Below are positions 28,548-37,805 of a stretch of 64,000 nt of DNA, one piece after another. The stretch is from positions 1 through 64,000 of the IMG/VR virus record IMGVR_UViG_2630968627_000001; one strand, written 5' to 3'. Positions within the stretch are counted from its first letter, which is position 1. Every line of letters starts with the position of its first letter. Position numbers and translations under genes: made by a program. This DNA is from a virus. Lineage: Duplodnaviria; Caudoviricetes. The notes under the pieces are model-generated. The model searched no databases and was not told the origin of the DNA. It worked only from the letters and a program-made list of their open reading frames with translations.

Positions 28548-29885
28548 TTATGTGCGGACTTTGGTGCGACCTTTGCCCTTGGCAGGGGTAGCTGGCTGGT
28601 CTTCGTCTTCTACGTGGGCGCTTTCAGACGCTTTGGTAGTAGGGGCATTGGCCAGGCTCCACTCGCTCAGGATGTGCATCAGAGCGGCGGCGTCGTCAGC
28701 CAGGGCAAGCTGCTCGGTAGCCAGGGCCAGGGCATCGTTGACAATTGCCGCGTCGTTTTCAGGGAAGCGGAACTTCAGCGATACATACTTCAGGCGCTCG
28801 CCCTCGCCAGTGCCGGCCTGCTGCGTGTGCTCGGTGATGGCCAGAGTCAGATCCTTGACCGAGTTGGTGTTGGCCAGTTCAATCAGGTCTTCCGCCTCGC
28901 CGCCTTCAGCGATCTTCGGTGCGATCTTGGCAGCTTTGGTCCAGCCGATTTCAGCAACGCGCTGGCCTGGGTTCTCGATACCGGCTTTGGTGAATTCGCG
29001 GTAGATCTGGATCAGGTGCATCGCCTTGCGGTAGTCGATGTTGTAATACTCCTGCAAGAACAGTTTGAAGCCGCCCGATTCCGCGTACTGCTCGTGACCT
29101 TCCACGGTTTCGTCCAGGTACGCTTTGGTGATGTGGATGTGGTGAAGCACACCGCCCAGTTCCCATTCGCGGTTACCGATTTCGCTTTCCAGCTCGGCAG
29201 CAACGGCGATCAGGTTACCGTCGGCGACCAGGGCCAGAACTGCGGGGTCTTCATTTTCCAGCTCTTCACCGTCTGTGTCGCCGCCCTGCGACTGCTGATC
29301 GGCAGCTTCTGCTGCGCGGGCTGCGGCTTCTTCAGCGGCCTTGGCTTCGGCTTCGGCCTTCTTGCGTTCGGCGGCCGTAGGCTTCTTGGCGACAGGCTTC
29401 TTGGGTTCTTCGGCCGGTGGGTCTTCGGCGGCTGCTGCCTTGCCCTTGGCTGCGGTCTTGGCGGCGGGCTTGGCCGGGGTCTTGGCGGCTGTCTTGGCGG
29501 CAGGTTTAGCAGGGGCGGGTGCCGCTTCTTCCTGTTCGACTTCTTCGCCAGCTTCAGCGATTTCTTCGTCGGTAGCAGGACGGATTTCGTCGCCCATGGC
29601 TTCCAGTTCCAGGAAGCGAGGATTGCTGTTCTTGTTCTCGCGCTTGGACTCGTCAAAGTCCGGGTTGGGTGCGCGGAGATAGAAGCCGGTCATGTACGCG
29701 CCTTGTTCGTCTTCGGCTTCTGCGGGCAGGCTGTTGATGGGGTATACCGCGCCCTCTTCCAGGACGGGTTCGCCTTCTTCAGGTGCTGCGCCTTCGCCGT
29801 AGCCAAGGAAGACAACGTATTCGCCTGCTACCAGGTCGTCAACGGTCAGTTGTTTGGTTTTCGATTTTGCGGGTGCTTTTGCCAT
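28548..29885 (-). CDS. Acidic Ala/Lys/Pro-rich protein with DUF3102-like helical domain
   Basis: PAAKTAAK linker; WELGGVL...FKLFLQE..NIDYRKAMHLIQIY...IGWTKA. Confidence 0.6.
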   Translation of the reverse strand: MAKAPAKSKTKQLTVDDLVAGEYVVFLGYGEGAAPEEGEPVLEEGAVYPINSLPAEAEDEQGAYMTGFYLRAPNPDFDESKRENKNSNPRFLELEAMGDEIRPATDEEIAEAGEEVEQEEAAPAPAKPAAKTAAKTPAKPAAKTAAKGKAAAAEDPPAEEPKKPVAKKPTAAERKKAEAEAKAAEEAAARAAEAADQQSQGGDTDGEELENEDPAVLALVADGNLIAVAAELESEIGNREWELGGVLHHIHITKAYLDETVEGHEQYAESGGFKLFLQEYYNIDYRKAMHLIQIYREFTKAGIENPGQRVAEIGWTKAAKIAPKIAEGGEAEDLIELANTNSVKDLTLAITEHTQQAGTGEGERLKYVSLKFRFPENDAAIVNDALALATEQLALADDAAALMHILSEWSLANAPTTKASESAHVEDEDQPATPAKGKGRTKVRT

Positions 29886-30004
29886 GATGTGTATTCCAGG
29901 TAATTGATGTTGGTTGTGCCAATCCGTATTGCAGTTTGGATATTAAAGAATTTGAGTATGCCTTGCAAGCTAACACACTCTCGGTTACTGATTTTCGGGG
30001 TGCC

Positions 30005-30676
30005 CTATATGACCTTACCGAAGACTACTTCTGGGATTTTGATGCCTTTCTTGCGTGCCATACATTCTGCTGGGCCCTGGTCGTAATACAGAACCTCCCC
30101 TGTTGTCATCAAGCCGCATGCGTCGCTCTCGTCGTCTTTGGTAGGGGTGATACCGTAGATCCTGCATACGGCAGTCCGTACTGGTTGCTTACCCTTGGCC
30201 ACCCCGCTCCCGGTCATGATCTTTTTCATGGTGCCGGTGGTGACGATGGCAAGGGGTATTCCTTGCTCCCAGCATAGCAGCTTTACTACTCCGCCCAGTT
30301 CGCCCAGGTCGAAGGCGCGCCCGATTACTCCGCCTTGTTTGCCTGCCGCCGAATAGGCGTAGCCTTCCAGGACAACAAGGGTTGGGTCTACCTGGTCCAG
30401 TATCCGCGTAATGATTCGCTTGATGTAGAACAGGCGCGGTATGCCCATGCGCTTGGGTTCAATGAACCCGGTAGTGGGCAGGCCGCTGGCCCCTCGGTAG
30501 GCGAACCCGGTGCTAGTCAGGGATAGATCCAATCCGAGGACTCGCGGTGTCCCCGAAGGCAAAGCAAGCTGTGCAGACGGGACAGTGCTTTGCTTTGTAG
30601 TCTTCCGGGGTTTTGCATTGGACGCGGGTTGGGAGACTATGCGTCGTCTGGGACTCACGATAGGATTTCGCTTCAT
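30005..30676 (-). CDS. ruvC: RuvC-like Holliday junction resolvase
   Basis: VLGLDLSLTSTG, VVLEGY, ELGGVVK, KK..TGSG.A.K, DDESDA. Confidence 0.85.
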   Translation of the reverse strand: MKRNPIVSPRRRIVSQPASNAKPRKTTKQSTVPSAQLALPSGTPRVLGLDLSLTSTGFAYRGASGLPTTGFIEPKRMGIPRLFYIKRIITRILDQVDPTLVVLEGYAYSAAGKQGGVIGRAFDLGELGGVVKLLCWEQGIPLAIVTTGTMKKIMTGSGVAKGKQPVRTAVCRIYGITPTKDDESDACGLMTTGEVLYYDQGPAECMARKKGIKIPEVVFGKVI

Positions 30677-31613
30677 CTATAAGTGCCTCAATTCGTGGTG
30701 CGTAGGCCGCCTCGGCAGCAGGTAGGCGGAACTCTTTTACTGGGGTGCCAGAGAAGGCCCAGTCCTTCGTGTAATACTCCAGCGTGACCGTATCAACCAT
30801 GTTGTATCCGGCGTCCTTCATCAAGCGCCAGTACAGCAGGACTTGTAGGGCATGTTCTGGTAAAGGCCGCGACAGCTCGTCCCACATTTTCTTGGACATG
30901 GTCTTGGCTTCGATAGGCAGGAAAGCATGGATCTCCTCCAAGTTGCTGCCAACGTCTACCAGGTACATGTGCAAGATGTCGGGGTGGCCGATGATGCCCA
31001 GCTCTTCGGACAAGACGGTGATCTCGTCGTAGCGGTTTGGGAGCTGGTCGCAATGTGGACAGGGGGGCAATGCCGATGCCTCCGAGTACGTCAGCTCTTG
31101 CGCTCGGGTCTTCTTGCAAAGACACATCCAGTTGCCATAGGTGTTGTCTGGCTTGGCTTGGCAGTGCAGCTCCTTGATGGAGTCGTGAACTGCATCGCCC
31201 TGGGCAAAGGTGATCCGGTCTTGCAGGGTGATCCGGCGTGGCGGTGTCCGCATACCCAGAGTATCCAGGATGGCCCGCTGGCGCAGACAGCCGCGTACCA
31301 GGTCGGAGACGTGGATCATGTCCCCTTCCCGGTATGCCTGGTACTCGCGGTAGCTGGAGTCTCGCAGCGCCTGTACCAATATGCCGTCCTCGGGTAGCTC
31401 CATGCGGTAAACGCCTTCGCTTACTTCTCGCGTGGTGTCAGCAATGTCGTGTCGCTTGCGCTCTTCCTCTACCGCCTCGTCCCGCTGGAACAAGGGTACG
31501 GATGGTTCCGGTGTGGCAGTCATCCGTGGCGTAGCTCTGGCCACCCCCGCTGGACGGTTCTCAGCCATACGTACTGCCTCTGATACTCTTCGTCTTACGC
31601 GGGGGGTGGTCAT
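30513..31613 (-). CDS. Cas4-like PD-(D/E)XK exonuclease
   Basis: HVSDL..C.RQ, G...H, GHPD, EAKT, Q...Y, C-terminal C..CPVC..CF. Confidence 0.78.
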   Translation of the reverse strand: MTTPRVRRRVSEAVRMAENRPAGVARATPRMTATPEPSVPLFQRDEAVEEERKRHDIADTTREVSEGVYRMELPEDGILVQALRDSSYREYQAYREGDMIHVSDLVRGCLRQRAILDTLGMRTPPRRITLQDRITFAQGDAVHDSIKELHCQAKPDNTYGNWMCLCKKTRAQELTYSEASALPPCPHCDQLPNRYDEITVLSEELGIIGHPDILHMYLVDVGSNLEEIHAFLPIEAKTMSKKMWDELSRPLPEHALQVLLYWRLMKDAGYNMVDTVTLEYYTKDWAFSGTPVKEFRLPAAEAAYAPRIEALIDEAKSYRESQTTHSLPTRVQCKTPEDYKAKHCPVCTACFAFGDTASPRIGSIPD

Positions 31614-31993
31614 TTCTCTTGATTCCTTTGTGCTGCTGCCAAAAGCTCTTCCAGAGCGTACATAGGCATGATGGCCAGGGTGGGGCCGGGTTTGCCTTCG
31701 GTGTTGAACTCTACTGCAATGATGGGGTATTCGCCAGCGATAGTGGCCGCCTCGTCAATCTTGTCGTACATCTCCCTGGTGACGCTGAATGACTTGTTTT
31801 TGGTGGTCTTCGCTTCGATCCGGGCCACCCCCCGGATTCGTACATCCCCTTTGATGTCCCCCGCCCCGGAACGGTTGACGAGTTTGCCGCCCAGCTTGAC
31901 GGCGATCTCGCGTTCCTGTTTCCGGGAGCGTTTATGGGACTTGCCGAACGTGTCAGCCTTGGCCGCCGCTCGGCGCATGAATGCGCTGGTCAT
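31610..31993 (-). CDS. Hjc-type PD-(D/E)XK resolvase-like nuclease
   Basis: QEREIA...SGAG..KGDV...IEAKTT. Confidence 0.72.
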   Translation of the reverse strand: MTSAFMRRAAAKADTFGKSHKRSRKQEREIAVKLGGKLVNRSGAGDIKGDVRIRGVARIEAKTTKNKSFSVTREMYDKIDEAATIAGEYPIIAVEFNTEGKPGPTLAIMPMYALEELLAAAQRNQEK

Positions 31994-32595
31994 GCTCGGT
32001 AGAGATAGCCGATGTCGTTGATCGCGCCGCGCCCCAGGGAAGGACGGTTCTCGCGGATCCAGGCAAGCATGCCATCGCGGTCAAATGTCTTGCTGACTTG
32101 CTTGCGCAGCAGTGCGACGACGGGCGCATACAGACTGCGGACCATTGCCTCGACCGCTTCTTCAGCCTCCTTGCTGGGGAATCGTCCATGCTCGTGGACG
32201 AGGGCAAAGTGGTTGACGGTCATGCGTCGGCAATACTCTGGGTTGTTCTGTGCAATCGATTGCATCAACTTAACCCGGTGCATCTGTTCTGCGCTGACGC
32301 TGGTAGTCGTTGTGCTCTTGGCCGCCCGCCCGCGTCCTCGGCTTACTCGTTGTGTGGTCATTTCTTGCTCCTTCTCGTTGGCCCAGTCCAGTTCATCCAG
32401 AACTATGGCTACGCATATGGGGTCTGCCCCCGGATTACAGCGCATGTATCGCTCTGCTGCCTCGCGGCGAGTGAACCGGGTCAGGTCCAGCCCCCAGGTG
32501 ACTCGCTCGCGTAAGGCTGATCGTACTACCCCTTTGGTGCGGAAGTAGTCAGCCACTGGGTCAGTGGTGCGTCGTGCGCGGCTCATACCAGACAT
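31990..32595 (-). CDS. Hypothetical protein with possible internal start (MTTQRV)
   Basis: Open frame; strong AAGGAG RBS before the internal ATG near 32361. Confidence 0.6.
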   Translation of the reverse strand: MSGMSRARRTTDPVADYFRTKGVVRSALRERVTWGLDLTRFTRREAAERYMRCNPGADPICVAIVLDELDWANEKEQEMTTQRVSRGRGRAAKSTTTTSVSAEQMHRVKLMQSIAQNNPEYCRRMTVNHFALVHEHGRFPSKEAEEAVEAMVRSLYAPVVALLRKQVSKTFDRDGMLAWIRENRPSLGRGAINDIGYLYRA

Positions 32596-33761
32596 ACCCG
32601 CAGGTCTTTCAGGATGTGCTCGATGTGGTAGTCGGGCATCTTTTGTTTGCGGGCCTGGTCGGCTATAAGGTGCCAGTACAATTCGTTGTACTTGTCCTCG
32701 TCCTCATAGAGCATGCCGTACACCTCGGCCATGTTGCCAAACTTCATGTCCCCAGACTGGGGCATGGCTAAGGTCCATGCCTTACCGCCCCCGGTGTACA
32801 GGCCCATCCGTTTACACATGGCCAGCATGGTTACTGCGTCATCCAGCATCCCCATGGACAGCTCGGGATAGTCATCGCTATCCTCGCGCAGCATCTGGAA
32901 CTCGCCCTTGCGCAAGCCGCCGTTCTGCTTGTTCTTCTCAATCGTGAACCCGTGTTCATTCAAGACGGTGGACTCGGCCCCGGTGTCGTCGTCCTTGCCC
33001 AGCTTTTCGTGATTCTTGAATTTAGTGTGCGTGGTGATGAAGAAGTCCATGGCCTTGCCGCCCGTGACCTGCAAGGCTTCCTGGCCTGCTGGTGCCCAGC
33101 CGCCGATACGAGCGCGTTGCTGGTTCAGGTACAGGACCAAGGGGTGGTGATCGCGCTTGGATTGATCCAGCAGGACGCGGTTGGCCTTGCGTACCAGGCG
33201 GGTAGTCATCTTGGCATGCAGGCCGGGGGTAGCGTTATCCTCGGCCGACTGCTCGGCTTCTGTGGTAGGGACCATGGCCGCGATGGAGTCGAACACGATC
33301 AGTCCTACCTCGATTGTGCTCAACAACGCCTCGACCAGGTCGATGGCCTCTTCCGCCGTGCTCGGTTGTACCAGCAGCAGGCTTTCCAGATCTACGCCAA
33401 GTGTCTGCGCCCATACAGGATCGAAGGTGTGCTCGACGTCAACGAAGACCGCCTTCTTGTCTGGGTTGCGACGCTGGAATATGGCGATGGTGCGAAGAGC
33501 ACTGGATGTCTTACCGCTGGATCGTGGGCCGGAGTATTGGTGCTGACGTGACTCACCCAGGCCGCCCAGCAGGCCCATGTCCAGCAGAAATATCCCCGTA
33601 GGGTGTCGGCGTGGCTGGCGTGTCTCGCTGCCCTTGATGATGGTGCGCATCCCCTTGGCCTTGTGGATTTGTGCCAGGGTGGCGGCCAGCTCGCCTAGAT
33701 CTTTCGCGCCCGTTGTCTTGGCCGCAGCGGGGACTCGGCCCCGTACTCGTGAGGTTGCCAT
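32583..33761 (-). CDS. recA: RecA-like recombinase
   Basis: TG...LD..L.GG, GPRSSGKT, FVDVEH, IVFDSIAAM, LNQ.R..IG, TGGKA. Confidence 0.92.
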   Translation of the reverse strand: MATSRVRGRVPAAAKTTGAKDLGELAATLAQIHKAKGMRTIIKGSETRQPRRHPTGIFLLDMGLLGGLGESRQHQYSGPRSSGKTSSALRTIAIFQRRNPDKKAVFVDVEHTFDPVWAQTLGVDLESLLLVQPSTAEEAIDLVEALLSTIEVGLIVFDSIAAMVPTTEAEQSAEDNATPGLHAKMTTRLVRKANRVLLDQSKRDHHPLVLYLNQQRARIGGWAPAGQEALQVTGGKAMDFFITTHTKFKNHEKLGKDDDTGAESTVLNEHGFTIEKNKQNGGLRKGEFQMLREDSDDYPELSMGMLDDAVTMLAMCKRMGLYTGGGKAWTLAMPQSGDMKFGNMAEVYGMLYEDEDKYNELYWHLIADQARKQKMPDYHIEHILKDLRVCLV

Positions 33762-34142
33762 TTAGTCGCCCCCCAGCCATTGGTTTTCTTCTTCCGTCAG
33801 CTTCTCCGCGACAAACTCGCTGGCCTGTTCGTAGGCGGCCTGGATGGCTTCCGGGGCAGGGTCGCAAGGCAGCGTGACGCTGACGTCAATGCGAAGGCTT
33901 TGGAAGTTTTGCATGTTCAGGGTAGAGCCGACGCCTACCCGAACAAGGGCGGGGTGATCCACCTTCATGTTGTTGGTCGTTGGCAGCGTCTCATGTTGTT
34001 GCTTCAGTTCCTTCTCCTCGCTGACCCCTTTACTGATTGTGGTCTTCTTGACGACCGTTGTATGGCGCTGGCCTGTGGTCGTAGGTACTTCTGGGGTAAC
34101 GGCTCGCCGCCCCCGTGGTGTGATGGCTCGTGTCGTGCTCAT
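33762..34142 (-). CDS. Conserved phage replication-region hypothetical protein
   Basis: TLNMQNFQSLRIDV motif; abuts recA. Confidence 0.7.
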   Translation of the reverse strand: MSTTRAITPRGRRAVTPEVPTTTGQRHTTVVKKTTISKGVSEEKELKQQHETLPTTNNMKVDHPALVRVGVGSTLNMQNFQSLRIDVSVTLPCDPAPEAIQAAYEQASEFVAEKLTEEENQWLGGD

Positions 34143-34154
34143 GATGCCTCTCTA

Positions 34155-34715
34155 TTACAAAGTTTCCCTGGCTCGCAAGATGGCCAGGTTTATCAAACGT
34201 CGGGTGTTGGTGTGGCTCGCGCAATAGTATGCGAACTCCCGGTCATGCCGGCGTAGCACAGAAGCTATTGCGTCAAGCTCTTCGGTCAGGTATACCCCAT
34301 AGCCCCCAGGGTATGCCAGGTACACAGTATCAGGGACCAGGCCCTGTGCCTTCCAACGGCGGAATGCGCTGACGCTGCGCCCTAGCGCGGTGGCCGCCTC
34401 CGAGACCGTGAAGGAATTGGCAGTCCTGCCTTCTCCCTGGCTGACGGCCGTCGTCCCGTCCTGGGCTTTGACAAGGCGGGGCGTTCCTTGCGTGACGAGC
34501 CCTCCAAGTAGCGGGCTTTCGCGGAGCGTATTTCGTCTACGATAGACTTCTCTTGCTGCTCTTTGCGCTTTTGAACGGTATTCTGGGTCAGTAGCATAGA
34601 CACTCCGTTTCTGTCTTGCTCGTTCCGCATCCCTTCTAGCTCGTCCGCGTGATCGTACAGCTCGCTGCGCAGCTCTCGTGGGTTCCATAGGTCCACCTCT
34701 CCATCTGTCTTCCAC
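34155..34715 (-). CDS. MerR-like HTH protein
   Basis: FTVSEAATALGRSVSAFRRWKAQGLVP...Y..EEL; start uncertain. Confidence 0.65.
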   Translation of the reverse strand: MEDRWRGGPMEPTRAAQRAVRSRGRARRDAERARQKRSVYATDPEYRSKAQRAAREVYRRRNTLRESPLLGGLVTQGTPRLVKAQDGTTAVSQGEGRTANSFTVSEAATALGRSVSAFRRWKAQGLVPDTVYLAYPGGYGVYLTEELDAIASVLRRHDREFAYYCASHTNTRRLINLAILRARETL

Positions 34716-36154
34716 TCATAAATGAGTGCGTTATCGTTGGCATAGTCTCCTACGCGGGACGCCATCCAGCGGGTAGCCCGATAGCTCTTGTCGTCCCAGA
34801 TCGTGATCCAGAGGGGAAGGTGTGTTGCCTTGCCTCGCTTGATACGACCGTGGACCTGTGAGGCCGCCCCGCGAGGTGTGACGTCTATGCCGCCCGCCAG
34901 CCTTGGATCGTCCACACCCTTCTGGAATTTACCGTAGGTGGTGAAGGTGATCGGGGCCGACGCGAGGCGCTTCTTCATCTCCGCGCTGGACAGCTTCTTG
35001 CGTGTCTCTCCGAAGATGACCGGCGTGTAGGCCGTCTCTTCTACGTACCCATACGGTGTCGCCTTGGATGGGGTTGGATCCGGCCCGTAAGTCCATCGGG
35101 AGTCTTGGCCAACATACATGGCCATGTCTTCGTCTGGAACCCCGTCGTACCACAACATGTTGCGCAGGTTGTCCAGGTGGTCTATGTTTGTGGATATGAC
35201 CAGGATTGCCCGCCCCGTTCCGTAGAGCCATTTGATGACGTCTACCAGCATCAGGTTGCGGAGTGGATCCTGGGTGATCTCCTGCATCAACCGCCCGATC
35301 TTCGGGGAGATATTCGCGTACCACGAGTATACGGTTGGGTGGCGAAGAAAGTAAACAGCGGAGCGGTCGTGCTGGGCATCTGCCGCTACCCGTACGTTGC
35401 CAAGGGACTGGGTCAAGGCGTGGCGCAGGGCGTCCTTGCGGTGGTCAGGGGTGGCGGAGATAGCCAGGCGTCGAGTGGCGGCGAAGGCCCCCAGGACAAC
35501 GTGGAACGTCGGGGTCGGGGTGGTGTGTACTTCGTCAAAGACAACGAACCCGAAGTAGTTGGCCAGATCCTTTTCAATCACGCGACGGGACAGGGTCTGG
35601 ATCATGGCGATGGTGACGGGCTTGCCGATGTACCGCATGGAGTCGCCCTGGATCAGGCCGATGTCCTCTTCCCGCATCCCATAGAATTTCGTCAGTGCCT
35701 CGACCCACTGGTCCCGCAGGTTCTCCTGGTCTACGACGATCAGGGTGGTGCGCCCGAAGTGCGCGGCGATATAGATGGCAGTGATGGTCTTGCCGAACGC
35801 CGTACGGGCACGGAAGACGACGTCATACTCGCGGTCGAACTCGTCAATGACCTCGGATACCGGCCCCTCTTGATAGTCCCGCAACGTAGGGATTTTGGGG
35901 AACAGGATACGGTGCCCCTCCGAGGTGCGATCCTGGAAAGGGATTCGGTGTGTGGCGCATAGCTCCAACCCGAGTTGGCGGGGGACCAAAATGAAATCCC
36001 CCAACTCCTGGTAGTTTGTCACGACTACGTCTTCTTCCTCTCCCATCGGACGGATCCGATACGTAGTGGTTTTCTTGACGGCCTTGACGTCTACCAGGTG
36101 TCGGGGGATTGCCATGCGCCCCGCCAGTATGGCTTCAGCGGGGGTTGCTCGCAT
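34382..36154 (-). CDS. SF2 (DEAD/H-like) helicase
   Basis: LRDYQ, ARTAFGKT, VFDEVH, SATP, KGVD.P, Q..GRI.R. Confidence 0.88.
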   Translation of the reverse strand: MRATPAEAILAGRMAIPRHLVDVKAVKKTTTYRIRPMGEEEDVVVTNYQELGDFILVPRQLGLELCATHRIPFQDRTSEGHRILFPKIPTLRDYQEGPVSEVIDEFDREYDVVFRARTAFGKTITAIYIAAHFGRTTLIVVDQENLRDQWVEALTKFYGMREEDIGLIQGDSMRYIGKPVTIAMIQTLSRRVIEKDLANYFGFVVFDEVHTTPTPTFHVVLGAFAATRRLAISATPDHRKDALRHALTQSLGNVRVAADAQHDRSAVYFLRHPTVYSWYANISPKIGRLMQEITQDPLRNLMLVDVIKWLYGTGRAILVISTNIDHLDNLRNMLWYDGVPDEDMAMYVGQDSRWTYGPDPTPSKATPYGYVEETAYTPVIFGETRKKLSSAEMKKRLASAPITFTTYGKFQKGVDDPRLAGGIDVTPRGAASQVHGRIKRGKATHLPLWITIWDDKSYRATRWMASRVGDYANDNALIYEWKTDGEVDLWNPRELRSELYDHADELEGMRNEQDRNGVSMLLTQNTVQKRKEQQEKSIVDEIRSAKARYLEGSSRKERPALSKPRTGRRPSAREKAGLPIPSRSRRRPPR

Positions 36155-36175
36155 AGTTTACTTCTCCACGGTTAA

Positions 36176-37468
36176 TCAGAATGGAATGTCGTCGTCCATG
36201 TCTGCCAGATTGGTCGGGTCCGGTGCCGGCTGGCGACCTGTGCGCATACCGCGAGGGGCGGGGTTATCCTCCGGATCTCGCTGGGACTGCGTACGGCCTC
36301 GGCCGCGAGCTGGTGGGTCGTCCTCCTGGGCTTCCTGGCGACGCCCGCGACCGCGAGCTGGTGGATCGTCCTGCTGATCCGCTTCCTCGGGTTCCCGTCG
36401 TCCTCGGCCGCGTACTGGCGGGTCGTCCTGGTCTTCAGTACGGCCGCGTGGCTGGCGTGTGCGGACAGGTGGTTCGCCCTGTTGGTCGTCGTCATGTTCC
36501 TGCCGGCGACCGCGACCGCGTGCTGGCGGATCATCCTGGTGGTCGTCGTCGTGCTCTTGGCGACGGCCTCGTCCGCGTGCCGGTGGATCGTCCTGGTCTT
36601 CGTCGCGTGCCCGGTCACCCCGGCCCTGGCGACTGCCGCGAGCTGGTGGATCATCGCGGGAGGATCCGCGACCGCCGCGACGGCCCAGGCTGCGATCATT
36701 GTCAGCGCGACTACCGGCAGGTGCGCTGCCGCCAACCAGACGACGCAGAGCGCCCAGGGACATATCAGGCATCAGCTCTTCGTATGGGAAGGGTTCGTGG
36801 CCGATGATCTCGTGCTCTTCGCCTTTGGTATCGGTGAAGGTACGCTCGTATTCCAGCAGGGTGTCTTCGTCGAATACTTCAACGACGTCGATAATCTCGC
36901 CAATACGTGCGGTCTGGCTACCGGCGCGTTCGACTTCAACAACCAGCCCGCGCAGGGATCCTTCTTTTTCCAGCAGGCGAGTGAAACGCTTCTGGCTGCG
37001 GGGAGGAATGACCAGCAACTTCTTGGACCATGGGATCTCGTCGCCGTCGTCGGTAACGTAGGGGACCAGGTCAAGAATGGTCAAGTACATGTTGAACGTC
37101 GAGTAGCGGTCGCCGCCCGATGCGCAGATAGGGCAGTCGGCTACTTCTTTGACGCAGGGTGCGTGCAGATCCCAACGACCAGTGCGGGGGTTTTGCAGCG
37201 AGTGCTCGTAGCGGAAGAACGTAGGTTCGTCGTCAATGATGACGTACTCGCCTGTCGTGTTGGGCTTGATGAAGTAGCGGAAGGGTTGACGCGGGGTATT
37301 CTGCCGCTGGCGTTCCAGCTCTTCGGCGCGTTCCTGTTCGTCTTGCATCTGTCGGCGACCAGCGGTGCCGGTGAACGATGCGCGTACTACTGGTTCGTCT
37401 TGTGCTGCGGAGGCGCGGGAACGGGCTGTGCGGCCGCCCCCAGTTGCGCGGGAAGTGCGTGTAGTCAT
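36176..37468 (-). CDS. gp32-like single-stranded DNA-binding protein with long repetitive tail
   Basis: EH...C....DCPIC zinc motif; canonical DDDIPF end; DDPPARGRGRR repeats. Confidence 0.75.
   Translation of the reverse strand: MTTRTSRATGGGRTARSRASAAQDEPVVRASFTGTAGRRQMQDEQERAEELERQRQNTPRQPFRYFIKPNTTGEYVIIDDEPTFFRYEHSLQNPRTGRWDLHAPCVKEVADCPICASGGDRYSTFNMYLTILDLVPYVTDDGDEIPWSKKLLVIPPRSQKRFTRLLEKEGSLRGLVVEVERAGSQTARIGEIIDVVEVFDEDTLLEYERTFTDTKGEEHEIIGHEPFPYEELMPDMSLGALRRLVGGSAPAGSRADNDRSLGRRGGRGSSRDDPPARGSRQGRGDRARDEDQDDPPARGRGRRQEHDDDHQDDPPARGRGRRQEHDDDQQGEPPVRTRQPRGRTEDQDDPPVRGRGRREPEEADQQDDPPARGRGRRQEAQEDDPPARGRGRTQSQRDPEDNPAPRGMRTGRQPAPDPTNLADMDDDIPF
36255..36670 (-). repeat. Coding tandem repeats (DDPPARGRGRRQE-like, 6 good and 2 degenerate)
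   Basis: Visible in both translation and DNA. Confidence 0.85.
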
Positions 37469-37803
37469 GATGGTACTTTCTCCAATAACATCGCCGCGAC
37501 GGCGACTAACTTTTTAACAAAATGGGTCGGTAGTCCCAAAGTGCGAAGGCGGGTTTCTGCCTTCAGGGGATCCCCCAGGTTTACAGCAACTGAAGCTCCT
37601 CTCAACGAATCCAAAATTGAGACCTGCATCCAATTCCTGGGCAGTCCAATTTTATCTCCGCGAACGATAGAGACATGCTTCACAACATGGTGTGTACGGT
37701 TCTTTACCTTTACCGCACGCTGCCATGACAGGGTAACGCCGCCCCGTGTTGCGAGGGGCAGCAGGTACTGCTCGAAGACATCCTGGCGGGATGGGCTGGC
37801 CAC
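37465..37803 (-). CDS. Hypothetical protein
   Basis: Fills the primase-SSB gap with ATGA overlap; GGAG RBS. Confidence 0.5.
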   Translation of the reverse strand: MASPSRQDVFEQYLLPLATRGGVTLSWQRAVKVKNRTHHVVKHVSIVRGDKIGLPRNWMQVSILDSLRGASVAVNLGDPLKAETRLRTLGLPTHFVKKLVAVAAMLLEKVPS

Positions 37804-37805
37804 GA

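Noticed and set aside
30005-30676. TnpB/Cas12-like RuvC effector
   Set aside because: Short stand-alone resolvase-type RuvC with no Zn ribbon or adjacent guide region
36255-36670. CRISPR or mobile repeat in the SSB gene
   Set aside because: Repeats are in frame and vary at synonymous positions, so they are protein-level repeats
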